Shown: piece after piece, positions 1-9,713 of the stretch
Numbering within the stretch: the first letter of the stretch is position 1
Layout of the letters: every line of letters starts with the position of its first letter
Origin: Paracoccus sp. (in: a-proteobacteria)
Lineage (GTDB): Bacteria > Pseudomonadota > Alphaproteobacteria > Rhodobacterales > Rhodobacteraceae
Length of the DNA: 64,000 nucleotides
Assembly (NCBI RefSeq): GCF_035556475.1
Contig: NZ_DATMFA010000022.1
Span: 72 to 64,071 of the forward strand
Reading direction: 5' to 3'
Translations under genes and position numbers: made by a program
The notes under the pieces: generated by a model
What the model saw: the letters and a program-made list of their open reading frames with translations, nothing else
Databases searched by the model: none
What the model was told of the DNA's origin: nothing

Positions 1-2
1 TT

Positions 3-398
3 CGGCTTGAGGTTTCGACCGATGCGCCGGACACGGATTTCACCGCGAAGCTGGTCGACGTCTATCCGCCCAGCCCGGATTACCCGCGCGGCTATGCGCT
101 GATCATCTCGGACGGGATCTTCCGCCTGCGCTATCGCAAGGGCTGGGACCGGCCCGAGCCGGTCGCGCCGGATGAAGGGATCATGGAGATCGAGATCAAC
201 CCCTTCGCCACGGCGAACCTGTTTGCCAAGGGGCACCGGCTGCGGCTGGACATCTCGTCCTCGAACTATCCGAAATTCGACGTGAACCCGAATACCGGCG
301 CGCCCGAGGGCACCTCGCGCATGACCCGGATCGCCCGGAACCAGGTCCATCTGGGGCAGGGCACCCGGATCGAGCTGATGCGCCTGCCGCAAGGCTGA
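3..398 (+). CDS. CocE/NonD family hydrolase, C-terminal part (5' truncated by window edge)
   Basis: Frame is open from base 3: RLEVSTDAPDTDFTAKLVDVYPP...SDGIFRLRYR...GHRLRLDISSSNYPKFDVNPNTG, typical of the CocE/PepX C-terminal domain. Confidence 0.85.
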   Translation, partial: RLEVSTDAPDTDFTAKLVDVYPPSPDYPRGYALIISDGIFRLRYRKGWDRPEPVAPDEGIMEIEINPFATANLFAKGHRLRLDISSSNYPKFDVNPNTGAPEGTSRMTRIARNQVHLGQGTRIELMRLPQG

Positions 399-468
399 GG
401 CTTTTCGCCCCGCCCGCGACCAGCGTGTCGATGTCGTCGCCGCGTCATGGAGTTCCTTCAAGAATATG

Positions 469-1368
469 TCACGCGGCAGGCCATCCCGGTCCGGTATGTC
501 CTGCGGAGAGGCCGATCGCGGCGAGGATGGTCTGAAAGCTGCGCCGGGCGCGGTCGCTTTCGCGCCGGGCCCGCAGATAGCCGTGGGGGAGTTCCGGCTC
601 GTTGCGATAGCGCACGGGCACGCCCGCCTCGCGCAGCCGCGTGGCGTAAAGCCTGGCGTCGTCGCGCAGGGGGTCTACGTCGGCGCTGATGATGAATGCG
701 GGGGCGCAGCCGCGCAGGTCCGATACCAGCAACGGCGCGGCCATCGGGTCGGTTGGCGGCTCGTCGCCGTGCAGCGCGCGACGATAGACAACAAGGTCGC
801 TGGTCCGCAGCAGCGGTGCCTCGGCGTTCTCGGCATAGGACGGCGCATCGCCCATGCCCCCGAGCCCCGGATAGATCAGCACCTGCGCGAGTGGCGGATG
901 CCCGCCGCGTTCCGAGAGGCACAGCGCCGCCGCCAACAAGCCGCCGGCGCTGTCACCGGCCACGATCCCGGGGCGTGAGATCGCACGCCAGACTGCCTGC
1001 ACATCCGCGAGGGGCGCGGGCCAGCGATGCTCGGGCGCCAGCCGGTAATCCACCGCAATCACCTGCAAGCCGGTGGCATCCGCGATCTCGGCGCAGATAT
1101 CGTCATGACTGTCCAGACCGCCGACCATGAAGCCGCCGCCATGCAGGTAAAGCACGAAGACTTCGGACGGTGCGCCATAAAACCGGCAGGGGACGCCCGC
1201 GACGCGGCGATCCATGACTGCCAGCCCATCGGGGCGCGGGGCGCGGAAGCGGGCGCACATCGCGTCATAGTGGCGGCGATTATCGGCGGCGCTGGCCTGG
1301 TTCGCGTCGGCGGGATAAGCGGCCTCGGTCCGGGCGATGAAATCCAGCACCTGCGGATCGCGGATCAT
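469..1368 (-). CDS. HSL-family alpha/beta hydrolase (esterase), candidate acylcarnitine hydrolase
   Basis: HGGG oxyanion motif, GDSAG nucleophile, DPLRDD and HGY; start MIRDPQV overlaps the upstream stop (ATGA at 1368-1365). Confidence 0.85.
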   Translation of the reverse strand: MIRDPQVLDFIARTEAAYPADANQASAADNRRHYDAMCARFRAPRPDGLAVMDRRVAGVPCRFYGAPSEVFVLYLHGGGFMVGGLDSHDDICAEIADATGLQVIAVDYRLAPEHRWPAPLADVQAVWRAISRPGIVAGDSAGGLLAAALCLSERGGHPPLAQVLIYPGLGGMGDAPSYAENAEAPLLRTSDLVVYRRALHGDEPPTDPMAAPLLVSDLRGCAPAFIISADVDPLRDDARLYATRLREAGVPVRYRNEPELPHGYLRARRESDRARRSFQTILAAIGLSAGHTGPGWPAA

Positions 1369-2963
1369 CGGACACCCTCGGCGATGCGCCGGGTCAGCCA
1401 ATCGGGATCGGGCTGCGGGACCGAGGCCAGAAGCTGCCTCGTATAATCGTGCCGGGGCTGGTCCATCACCGCCGAGCGCGTGCCGCTGTCCATCACCCGT
1501 CCGTTGCGCATGACCACCACCTCATCGGCGATGGCGCGAACGGTTTCGATGTCATGGGTAATGAACATGTAGGACAGCCCCTGTTCGTCCTGCAGCCGGC
1601 TCAGCAGCCTCAGGATGCCTTCGGCCACCAAATGGTCCAGCGCGCTGGTCACCTCGTCGCAGATGATGAAGCGCGGTTCGGCGGCCAAAGCGCGGGCGAT
1701 GCCGATGCGCTGTTTCTGCCCACCCGACAGTTCACCCGGGCGGCGGTCGAGAAAGCGCCTCGGCTCCAGCTCGATCTGGTCCATCAGCTGGTGCAGGCGC
1801 TCGTCCCGGGCGCGGCCGGTCAGGCCCAGATAGAAACCCAGCGGCCGCGACAGGATCTGGCGGATGGTCTGGCGCGGGTTCAGCGCGGTATCGGCCATCT
1901 GGTAGATCATCTGCACCATGCGCAATTGCTCGCGCGAGCGGTCGGCGAGGCGCGGGGGCAGCGGTTGGCCGTCCAGCTCGACCCGACCGGCTCTGGGCGG
2001 CAGCAGGCCGGTGATGACCCGCGCCGTGGTGGATTTGCCCGAGCCGGATTCCCCCACTACCGCCACCGTCGCCCCGCTTGGCACGGCGAAATCGACATCC
2101 TCCAGCACGTTCCGCGTGCCATAGCTTGCCGTCACCCCGGCCACGCGGATCACCGGGCCTCCGCCGGGTAGTTCCCGCGCCGGGCGCCGAAACTCGCGCA
2201 CTGCCCAAAGCGAGCGGGTGTAGTCCTGGGACGGGGCGGACATCATCTCGCGGGTCGGCGCCTCCTCGACCTCGCGGCCGTGGCGCATGACCTTGATGCG
2301 GTCGGCCATCTGCGCGACCACGGCCAGATCGTGGGTGATATAGATCGCGGCGGCTCCGTAGCTTTCCACCGCTTGCCGGATCGCGGCCAGCACGCCGATC
2401 TGCGTGGTCACGTCCAGCGCCGTCGTCGGCTCGTCAAAGACGATCAGATCGGGGCGGCAGGCCATCGCCATGGCGACCATGGCCCGCTGCAACTGCCCGC
2501 CCGAGACCTGATGCGGAAAGCGCAACCCGAACCGGTCGGGCTCGGGCAGCGACATCTGGGCGTAGAGTTCGCGGGCGAGGGCCTCGGCCTCGGACCGCGA
2601 GGCGGTATGGTGGATCTTCGGCCCCTCGCAGAACTGGTCGATCAGCCGCCAGGCCGGATTGAAGCTGGCCGCGGCCGATTGCGCGACATAGGCGACGCGG
2701 CGGCCCCGGAAGGCGGCGCGGCGGGCATCCGGCAAGGCCAGCAGATCGGTGCCGTCGAAACGCACGCTGCCGCCCGCGAAACGCAGCCCCGGCGCGACAT
2801 AGCCCATTGCGGCCAGCCCCAGCGTCGATTTGCCGGCGCCGGATTCGCCGATCAGCCCGACCACCTCGCCCTGGTTCACGGTCAGATCGACCCCGTGCAG
2901 GATCGGGGTCCAGCCGGCCTCGCCCCTCGCCTCGATCTTCAGGTCGCGGATGTCGAGCAGCAT
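1365..2963 (-). CDS. Dipeptide/oligopeptide-family ABC transporter ATP-binding protein (fused double NBD)
   Basis: Two Walker A motifs ([16 protein letters not shown]), two SGGQ signatures, DEPT/DEVT Walker B. Confidence 0.92.
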   Translation of the reverse strand: MLLDIRDLKIEARGEAGWTPILHGVDLTVNQGEVVGLIGESGAGKSTLGLAAMGYVAPGLRFAGGSVRFDGTDLLALPDARRAAFRGRRVAYVAQSAAASFNPAWRLIDQFCEGPKIHHTASRSEAEALARELYAQMSLPEPDRFGLRFPHQVSGGQLQRAMVAMAMACRPDLIVFDEPTTALDVTTQIGVLAAIRQAVESYGAAAIYITHDLAVVAQMADRIKVMRHGREVEEAPTREMMSAPSQDYTRSLWAVREFRRPARELPGGGPVIRVAGVTASYGTRNVLEDVDFAVPSGATVAVVGESGSGKSTTARVITGLLPPRAGRVELDGQPLPPRLADRSREQLRMVQMIYQMADTALNPRQTIRQILSRPLGFYLGLTGRARDERLHQLMDQIELEPRRFLDRRPGELSGGQKQRIGIARALAAEPRFIICDEVTSALDHLVAEGILRLLSRLQDEQGLSYMFITHDIETVRAIADEVVVMRNGRVMDSGTRSAVMDQPRHDYTRQLLASVPQPDPDWLTRRIAEGVR

Positions 2964-2966
2964 GGT

Positions 2967-3788
2967 TTACTCCTTCAGGCCCGAGGCGCGGTGCAAGAGC
3001 CAATCGACCACGAAATTGACCGAGACCGTCAGCAGCGCGATGCAGGCGGCGGGCAGTAGCGGCGTGGAATCGCCGAAGGTGATCAGGGCCGCATTGTCGC
3101 GCACCATGCCGCCCCAGTCGGCCATCGGCGGCGGCAATCCCAGCCCCAGAAAGCTGAGCGCCGAGATGGTCAGGAAGACGAAGCAGAAGCGCAGCCCGAA
3201 CTCGGCGATCAGCGGCGCGGTGATATTGGGCAGAACCTCATGGCGGATGATCCACCATGTGCCTTCGCCGCGCAGCCGGGCGGCCTCGACATAATCCATG
3301 ACCATGATGTTCATTGCCGAGGCCCGGGCCAGCCGGAAGACCCGGGTGGCGTCCAGCACGGCGATGACCATGATCAGGTTCCAGATCCCCGGCCCCAGCG
3401 CCGACAGCGCCAGCAACGTGAAGATCAGCGAGGGCACGGCCATCAGCACATCGACCAGCCGCGATAGCAGCATATCGACCCAGCCGGGCAGCGCCGCGGC
3501 CAGAAGCCCGGCAATCGACCCCAGCAGGAAGGCCAGCAGCGTCGTCAGCAAGGCGACGCCCACGGTATTGCGCGCCCCCCAGATCAGCCGCGACAGCATG
3601 TCCCGGCCCAGATTGTCGGTGCCGAGCAGGTAATCTCCGCCCCATGGCAGGAACTGGTCGCCGACGATCTGCGCCTCGCCATAGGGGGCGATCAGGGGGG
3701 CGAGAATGCCGACCAGCGCATAGGCCACGATGAGGACCAGCCCCAGCAGGGCGGTAGGCGGGATCTGCCGCAGCGAGGCAAGTGTCAT
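2967..3788 (-). CDS. ABC transporter permease (DppC/OppC type)
   Basis: LLGTDNLGRD motif, EAA loop YVEAARLRG, hydrophobic segments. Confidence 0.9.
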   Translation of the reverse strand: MTLASLRQIPPTALLGLVLIVAYALVGILAPLIAPYGEAQIVGDQFLPWGGDYLLGTDNLGRDMLSRLIWGARNTVGVALLTTLLAFLLGSIAGLLAAALPGWVDMLLSRLVDVLMAVPSLIFTLLALSALGPGIWNLIMVIAVLDATRVFRLARASAMNIMVMDYVEAARLRGEGTWWIIRHEVLPNITAPLIAEFGLRFCFVFLTISALSFLGLGLPPPMADWGGMVRDNAALITFGDSTPLLPAACIALLTVSVNFVVDWLLHRASGLKE

Positions 3789-3791
3789 GTC

Positions 3792-4766
3792 TTACCTCGG
3801 ATGCAGCAGGCGCGGATTGGTCGCAATGGCCAGCACATCCGCGATCAGGTTCAGCAACACATAGACCGCCGCGAAGATCAGCGCACAGGCCTGCACCACC
3901 GGCATATCGCGGTTGCTGACGCTGTCCACCATCAGCTGGCCGAGGCCGGGATAGACGAAGACCACCTCGACGATGACGACGCCGGTGATCAGCCAGGCGA
4001 CGTTCAGCGCGATGACGTTGATGATCGGCGCCAGCGCATTGGGCAGCGCGTGCCGGGTAATGATCCGCCAGCGCGACACGCCCTTCAGCCGCGCCATGGC
4101 GATATAGGGCGCGCCCAGCACATTGACCACTGCCGCCCGTGTCATCCGCATCATATGTGCCGTCACGACCAGCACCAGCGTCACGGCGGGCAGGAAGGCC
4201 TTGCCCAGCAGGTCCGCCAGCGAAGGGTTCGCGCCGGGGTCGGCCATCGACGGGAACCAGCCCAGCCGCACCGACAGCCAGAACATCAGGATATAGGCGA
4301 TGAAGAACTCGGGGAACGAAATCGCCGAGAGGCTGATCACGTTCACGCAGCGATCGAACCACGATCCGCGCCACAGCGCCGCCAGCAGGCCAAGGGTCAC
4401 CGCCAGCGGCACCGCGATCACCGCCGCATAGGCGGCAAGGAGCATGGTATTGCCCAGCCGCGCCGCCAGAAGGTCGGCGACCGGGCGGCCATTGGCCAGC
4501 GAGCGGCCGAAATCCCCGGTCAGGATGCCGCCGATCCAGGCGAAATAGCGGGTGATCAGCGGCTGGTCCAAGCCCAGTTCCCGGCGCAGCGCCGCCACGG
4601 TTTCCGTGGTCGCCGACTGGCCCAGGATCTGCTGGGCGATGTCGCCCGGCAGCAGGCTGACCGCCAGAAACACCAGAACCGAGATCACCAGCAGCGTGAA
4701 CAGCCCGATCCCCAGCCGCATCAGGATCATCCGGCGCAGCGGGTGGTCGCGCGGCCCGCCGCTCAT
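3792..4766 (-). CDS. ABC transporter permease (DppB/OppB type)
   Basis: LPGD...LGLDQPL..RY..W..G.LTGDFG.S pattern, ARLKG EAA loop, HALPNAL. Confidence 0.9.
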   Translation of the reverse strand: MSGGPRDHPLRRMILMRLGIGLFTLLVISVLVFLAVSLLPGDIAQQILGQSATTETVAALRRELGLDQPLITRYFAWIGGILTGDFGRSLANGRPVADLLAARLGNTMLLAAYAAVIAVPLAVTLGLLAALWRGSWFDRCVNVISLSAISFPEFFIAYILMFWLSVRLGWFPSMADPGANPSLADLLGKAFLPAVTLVLVVTAHMMRMTRAAVVNVLGAPYIAMARLKGVSRWRIITRHALPNALAPIINVIALNVAWLITGVVIVEVVFVYPGLGQLMVDSVSNRDMPVVQACALIFAAVYVLLNLIADVLAIATNPRLLHPR

Positions 4767-6217
4767 GTCGCGACCTCGCGCGGGCGGATGTCGCGGATGC
4801 CCCTGCCTGCGTGATCGGGATGGGCGCCGGCGTCCTGCGCCGCGATCCGGTCCAGCGCTTGCAGCAGCCCGTCGGGCAAGGGGGTGGCGCGGCCCTGATC
4901 GGTGCTGACATGCATCAGCATGTGTTCGGCGGTGGCGGCCTCGGTGCCGTCCTCGCGCAGGATGGCGTGATGCAGGCGGATGCGCTTGGCGTCATGGCCC
5001 AGCAGCCGGGTTTCGACCATCAGCTGCTCGTTCGCGCCGATCTCGGCCAGATGGCGGATATGGGTCTCGACCGTATAGGCCGAGAAGCCGGCATTGCGAT
5101 AAGCCTCGCCCAGACCGATATGGATCAGGAACGCATCGGTCGCATCGCCGAAGACCTGCAGATAGCGGAATTCGGTCATATGGCCGTTATAGTCCAGCCA
5201 CGAGCCACCGACCCGCGCCCGGTGCAGGCGCAGGGGATAGCCCGAGGGCGCCTCGACCTGACGGGCATAAAGCCGGTTCTCGGCCTCGCGCAGCGTCTTG
5301 CCGGCCCCCCAGTCATTGGCCTTCAGAGCGTGGAAGATGCCGACCAGATTGTCGTCGCGGATACACTCCAGTTCGCGGATGGAATGGGCGCCGGACTGGG
5401 CGTCCGACTGGCTGGCGATGGTGTCGATCAGCGCGTCGTCCAGATCGGGAACATCCATCAGCTTGGTCCAGGGCCATTTCAGCGCCGGACCGAACTGGGC
5501 CAGGAAATGCTTCATCCCGGCCTCGCCGCCGGCGATGCGATAGGTCTCGAATAGGCCCATCTGCGCCCAACGCAACCCGAAGCCAAAGCGGATGATGTCG
5601 TCGATTTCCTCGGTGGTGGCGATGCCGTCCTTGACCAGCCACAGCGCCTCGCGCCAGACCGCTTCCAGCAGGCGGTCGCCGATATGGGCGTCGATCTCGC
5701 GCGCGACGGTGACGGGCTTCATGCCGATCGCCGTCAGGATCGCGCAGGCACGATCCGCCGCCTCGCCGCCGCCCACGACCTCGACCACGGGCAGCAGATA
5801 GACCGGGTTGAAGGGATGCGCGACAAGGATCCGGTCGGGATGCCGCGCGCCCTGCCGCAGTTCCGAGGGCTTGAACCCCGAGGTCGAGGAGCAGATCAGC
5901 GCCGTTTCAGGCGCCGCCGCCGCGATCTCGGCAATGACGCGATGCTTGAGGTCCAGCCGCTCCGGCACGCTTTCCTGGACGAAATCCGCGCCCGTTACGG
6001 CATCGGCGACGGTTTTGGCCCAGATCAGCCGGCCGGGCTCCGGCAGCGGCGCCTGGAACAGCCGGTCATAGGCGCGGCTGGCATTGGCCAGCACCTCGCC
6101 CACGATGCGGGCGGCCTCGGGATGGGGGTCGAAGACATGGACGTCATGCCCGTTCAGGATGAAGCGCGCGATCCAGCCTCCGCCGATCACGCCGCCGCCG
6201 ATTGCCGCGATCTTCAT
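4763..6217 (-). CDS. cdhA: L-carnitine 3-dehydrogenase fused to a C-terminal thioesterase (hot-dog) domain
   Basis: GGGVIG Rossmann motif, QESVPE, SSTSG, AHPFNPVYLLP, GLRWAQMG; C-terminal WLDYNGHMTE thioesterase motif; start at ATGA overlap 6217. Confidence 0.88.
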   Translation of the reverse strand: MKIAAIGGGVIGGGWIARFILNGHDVHVFDPHPEAARIVGEVLANASRAYDRLFQAPLPEPGRLIWAKTVADAVTGADFVQESVPERLDLKHRVIAEIAAAAPETALICSSTSGFKPSELRQGARHPDRILVAHPFNPVYLLPVVEVVGGGEAADRACAILTAIGMKPVTVAREIDAHIGDRLLEAVWREALWLVKDGIATTEEIDDIIRFGFGLRWAQMGLFETYRIAGGEAGMKHFLAQFGPALKWPWTKLMDVPDLDDALIDTIASQSDAQSGAHSIRELECIRDDNLVGIFHALKANDWGAGKTLREAENRLYARQVEAPSGYPLRLHRARVGGSWLDYNGHMTEFRYLQVFGDATDAFLIHIGLGEAYRNAGFSAYTVETHIRHLAEIGANEQLMVETRLLGHDAKRIRLHHAILREDGTEAATAEHMLMHVSTDQGRATPLPDGLLQALDRIAAQDAGAHPDHAGRGIRDIRPREVAT

Positions 6218-7767
6218 GCCGCATACCACCTTTCGACCAGCTTCCAGCCGTCGAAGAAGCGATCCCCCGCCACCTCGCCATGCGCCACCTTGTCGTTATG
6301 CGCATCGACATAATTGACGAAGACCGGGATGATGGTGCCGCCGTCCTGGCTGACCAGCCCCTGCATGTCGGCATAGATCTCGCGGCGCAGATCGTCGTTC
6401 AGCTCGGCCCGGGCCTGCAACAGCAATTCGTTGAAGCGGGCATTGTCCCAATGGCTTTCGTTCCATTCGACGCCGCGCGCATAGACGAGGCTGAACATGT
6501 CGTCCTCGGTCGGGCGGCCGTTCCAGTAGCCGACGCAGAAGGGTTTCTTCAGCCAGACATTGGACCAGTAGCCGTCCTCGGGCTCGCGCTTGACGTTGAT
6601 ATTGATGCCCGCCGCCTTGGCCGATTGCTGGAACAACTGCGCCGCGTCCACCGCCCCGGTAAAGGCCGCGTTCGAGGTCGACAGGTCCACCGAAAGCTCG
6701 CTGAGCCCGGCCTGTTTCAGATAGTGTTTGGCCTTGTCGGGATCGTAGCTGTTCTGCGGCAGGTCGGCCGAGAAATAGCGGTTCGCCGGCGTGATGGGGC
6801 TGTCATTGGCGACCTTGCCATAGCCTCGCAGCACCTTTTCGACGATTTCGTCGCGGTTGATGGCATGTTTCAGCGCCAGCCGGACGTTGACGTCGTTGAA
6901 GGGCGCCGCGTCACAGAACATCGGCATGGTGTAATGCGCGGTTCCCGTCGTCTCGACCATGGTGATCCCGGGCCGGCGCTGCAACAGGTGGATGGTCGAG
7001 AGGTCCGGGCCGTTGATCGCATCGACCTCGCCCGTCATCAGCGCGTTCTGCCGCGCGGTCGGGTCGTTGATGGTCATCAGCGTCACATCGTCGAACCAGG
7101 CGCGGTCCGGCTTCCAGTAGTCGTCGCGCCGCTTCAGGGTGATGCGCACGCCGGGCTCGTGATCGACCAGCGTATAGCCGCCGGTGCCAAGGCCCGATTG
7201 CCAGTCGAGCGAGCCGTCCTCCTTGGCGGGCATGATGATGAAATGATAGTCCGAGGTCAGGAAGGCAAAATCCGCATTGCCGCTTTCCAGTTCGAACACC
7301 ACCACATTGTCGCCATCGGCGCGGATATCCTTGACCTGCGCCAGCGCCCCCTTGGCGCCCGAGACGGAATTCTCGCCCCGGTGATGGTTGAACGAGGCGA
7401 TGACGTCGCGCGCGGTGACCTTGCGCCCGTCGCCGAAAGCGGCATCGCGGATGCGAAAGGTCCAGATGCGCGCCTCGGCATCGGGCTCATAGCTTTCGGC
7501 CAGTTCGGGCACGGCCTGGCCCTTGGCGTCGATCTCGACCAGATTGTTGCAGACTGCCAGCATCGCCGTCACCACCGGGCCGGCGGCAAAGGTCGCCGGG
7601 TCGATGGTGTCCGAGGTGGCGCCACCGGAATGACCGATACGGAACTGTCCGCCCTTTTGCGGCGTGGCCTGCGCCCGCGCCCCGCGCGGCAGGATCAGCC
7701 CTGCCGCAGTGATTCCCGCCGCACCTGCAAGCAGGCCACGACGCGAGATTCCCTTGTGGATGGTCAT
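6214..7767 (-). CDS. Family-5 ABC substrate-binding protein with Tat signal
   Basis: SRRGLL twin-arginine motif, GTGGY, DYWK, WN.S.W.N motifs of DppA-like proteins. Confidence 0.88.
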   Translation of the reverse strand: MTIHKGISRRGLLAGAAGITAAGLILPRGARAQATPQKGGQFRIGHSGGATSDTIDPATFAAGPVVTAMLAVCNNLVEIDAKGQAVPELAESYEPDAEARIWTFRIRDAAFGDGRKVTARDVIASFNHHRGENSVSGAKGALAQVKDIRADGDNVVVFELESGNADFAFLTSDYHFIIMPAKEDGSLDWQSGLGTGGYTLVDHEPGVRITLKRRDDYWKPDRAWFDDVTLMTINDPTARQNALMTGEVDAINGPDLSTIHLLQRRPGITMVETTGTAHYTMPMFCDAAPFNDVNVRLALKHAINRDEIVEKVLRGYGKVANDSPITPANRYFSADLPQNSYDPDKAKHYLKQAGLSELSVDLSTSNAAFTGAVDAAQLFQQSAKAAGININVKREPEDGYWSNVWLKKPFCVGYWNGRPTEDDMFSLVYARGVEWNESHWDNARFNELLLQARAELNDDLRREIYADMQGLVSQDGGTIIPVFVNYVDAHNDKVAHGEVAGDRFFDGWKLVERWYAA

Positions 7768-7802
7768 GACTTTCTTCTCCCCCTATTGTGGCGCCCGTCC
7801 GT

Positions 7803-8690
7803 TTATCGGCGGGTCAGCTTCAGCTTTTCGCGGACCTCGGCCGGGCCGAGGATACGGCATCCCATATTGGTCAGGATCGTCGCGGCGCGTTCGACCAGAT
7901 CGCCGTTGCGGGCCAGGACACCGCGATCCAGCCAGATATTGTCCTCAAGACCCACGCGGACATTACCCCCGGCCAGCACCGCCTGTGCGGCATAGGGTAT
8001 CTGCATCCGCCCGATCGAGAACATGGAATAGACCCAGCCCGGCGGGATGTTGTTGACCATCGCCATCAGGCTGTTCGGGTCGCTGGGCGCGCCGTAGGGA
8101 ATGCCCATGCAAAGCTGGATCATCACCGGATCGTCGATCAGCCCCTCGTCCACCAGCGTCTTAGCCAGCCACAGATGGCCGGTGTCGAAGACCTCGATTT
8201 CCGGGCGCACCCCGGCAGCCTGAATGCGGGCAGCCATGGCGCGCAGGGTGCCGGGCGTGTTGGTCATGACGTAATCGGCCTCGGCGAAATTCATCGTGCC
8301 GCAGTCGAGGGTGCAGATCTCGGGCAAAAGCTCCTCGACATGGACCAGCCGCTCGGTGGCGCCGACGATGTCGGATTGCGGCGACAGCGGCAGCGGCGCC
8401 TCGGCCGAACCCAGCACGATGTCGCCGCCCATGCCAGCCGTCAGGTTCAGCACCACGTCCACATCCGAGGACCGCACCCGTTCCACCACCTCGCGATACA
8501 GCGCCGGATCGCGCGAGGGCGCGCCGGTTTCGGGATCGCGGACATGCACATGCGCGATGGCGGCGCCGGCCCGGGCGGCCTCGATGCAGGCATCGGCGAT
8601 CTGGGCGGGGGTGATCGGCACGAGATGGGATTTCTTGTGGCTCTGCCCCGATCCGGTGACGGCGCACGTGATGAAGACGTCGTGATTCAT
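7803..8690 (-). CDS. cdhC: BKACE (DUF849) 3-dehydrocarnitine cleavage enzyme
   Basis: [15 protein letters not shown] Zn-binding motif, [22 protein letters not shown]; adjacent to carnitine dehydrogenase. Confidence 0.85.
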   Translation of the reverse strand: MNHDVFITCAVTGSGQSHKKSHLVPITPAQIADACIEAARAGAAIAHVHVRDPETGAPSRDPALYREVVERVRSSDVDVVLNLTAGMGGDIVLGSAEAPLPLSPQSDIVGATERLVHVEELLPEICTLDCGTMNFAEADYVMTNTPGTLRAMAARIQAAGVRPEIEVFDTGHLWLAKTLVDEGLIDDPVMIQLCMGIPYGAPSDPNSLMAMVNNIPPGWVYSMFSIGRMQIPYAAQAVLAGGNVRVGLEDNIWLDRGVLARNGDLVERAATILTNMGCRILGPAEVREKLKLTRR

Positions 8691-8713
8691 CTGATTCCTC
8701 GGAGAAGTATTCC

Positions 8714-8759
8714 CTTCAGGTTACGAGGATTTGGCTGGCATGATATGCGAATTAGGCCA
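8714..8759 (-). promoter_or_regulatory. Divergent promoter region between cdhC and its regulator, sharing motifs with 13697-13743
   Basis: CTTCAGG...GGCAT..ATGC..ATT(A)GGCCA occurs in both short divergent intergenic regions at 41 vs 42 nt spacing. Confidence 0.45.
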
Positions 8760-8765
8760 TAATAT

Positions 8766-9713
8766 TTGCTTATGCAGTCAATATCGCCGTTTCACCTGAC
8801 TTTCCTGCTGCTCGACGGCTTTTCCAACATGGTGCTGGCCAGCGCGATCGAGCCGTTGCGCGCGGCCCGCGATCTCAGCGGGAAACGGCTGTTTTCATGG
8901 CAGGTCGCCTCGGTCGATGGTGGGCCGGCGGTCAGCTCCTCACGCCTGTCCTTGGGGGTGGATATCCCCCTATCCCGCGTCGGTGCGACGGATGGGCTGA
9001 TCGTGGTCGCGGGCTATGGAGCGCGGGATCATGCCCGGCGCGAGACATTGCAACTGGTGCGTTCCAAGGGGCGTGGCCTTCCGGTGGTTGGCGGGATCGA
9101 CACCGGCGCCTGGCTGCTGGCCGAGGCTGGGCTGCTTGCGGGGCGTCGCGCGTCCATTCATTGGATGGAGGCGCAGGCCATGGCGGAAGCCTTCCCCGAG
9201 GTCGATGTCGTGCAGTCCGAATGGGTCGCCGACGGCAATACCGTGACCTGCGGCGGGGCGCAGGGGGTGCTCTCATGGTCGCTGGATCTGATCGGCCGCC
9301 ACGGTGACGAGGCGCTGCGTTATGACGTTGCCAATATGTTTGGCCGCAGCCAGATGCGGATGCCGGAGAGCGGCAGCAACCGGATGGTGGACCGCGCATT
9401 GCCCCCCGGTCTTCAGCGCGCAGTGCTGGCCATGCGGGAGACCGCGGAAAACCCAAAGCCGCTGGCCGCGATCGCCGCGCGTGCGGCACTGTCGCCGCGC
9501 ACGATGGACCGGCTGTTCCACAAGCATCTGGGCATGGCGGCAGGCGGCTATTATCGCACCATCCGCATGTCCCACGCCCGCGCGCTGGCCATCGAGACGG
9601 GCCATACTCTGGATGAGATCGCGGCGCGCACCGGGTTTTCCTCTGCCACCACGTTGGCCCGTGCCTATCGTGCGAGCTTCGGACAGACCATTCGGGCGAC
9701 TCGGCGCAGCTAG
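8766..9713 (+). CDS. GlxA/CdhR-type AraC family transcriptional regulator
   Basis: N-terminal DJ-1-like domain (IEPLRAA, GIDTGAWLLAEAGLL) plus AraC HTH (LSPRTMDRLF, GFSSATTLARAYRASFG). Confidence 0.88.
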   Translation: MLMQSISPFHLTFLLLDGFSNMVLASAIEPLRAARDLSGKRLFSWQVASVDGGPAVSSSRLSLGVDIPLSRVGATDGLIVVAGYGARDHARRETLQLVRSKGRGLPVVGGIDTGAWLLAEAGLLAGRRASIHWMEAQAMAEAFPEVDVVQSEWVADGNTVTCGGAQGVLSWSLDLIGRHGDEALRYDVANMFGRSQMRMPESGSNRMVDRALPPGLQRAVLAMRETAENPKPLAAIAARAALSPRTMDRLFHKHLGMAAGGYYRTIRMSHARALAIETGHTLDEIAARTGFSSATTLARAYRASFGQTIRATRRS

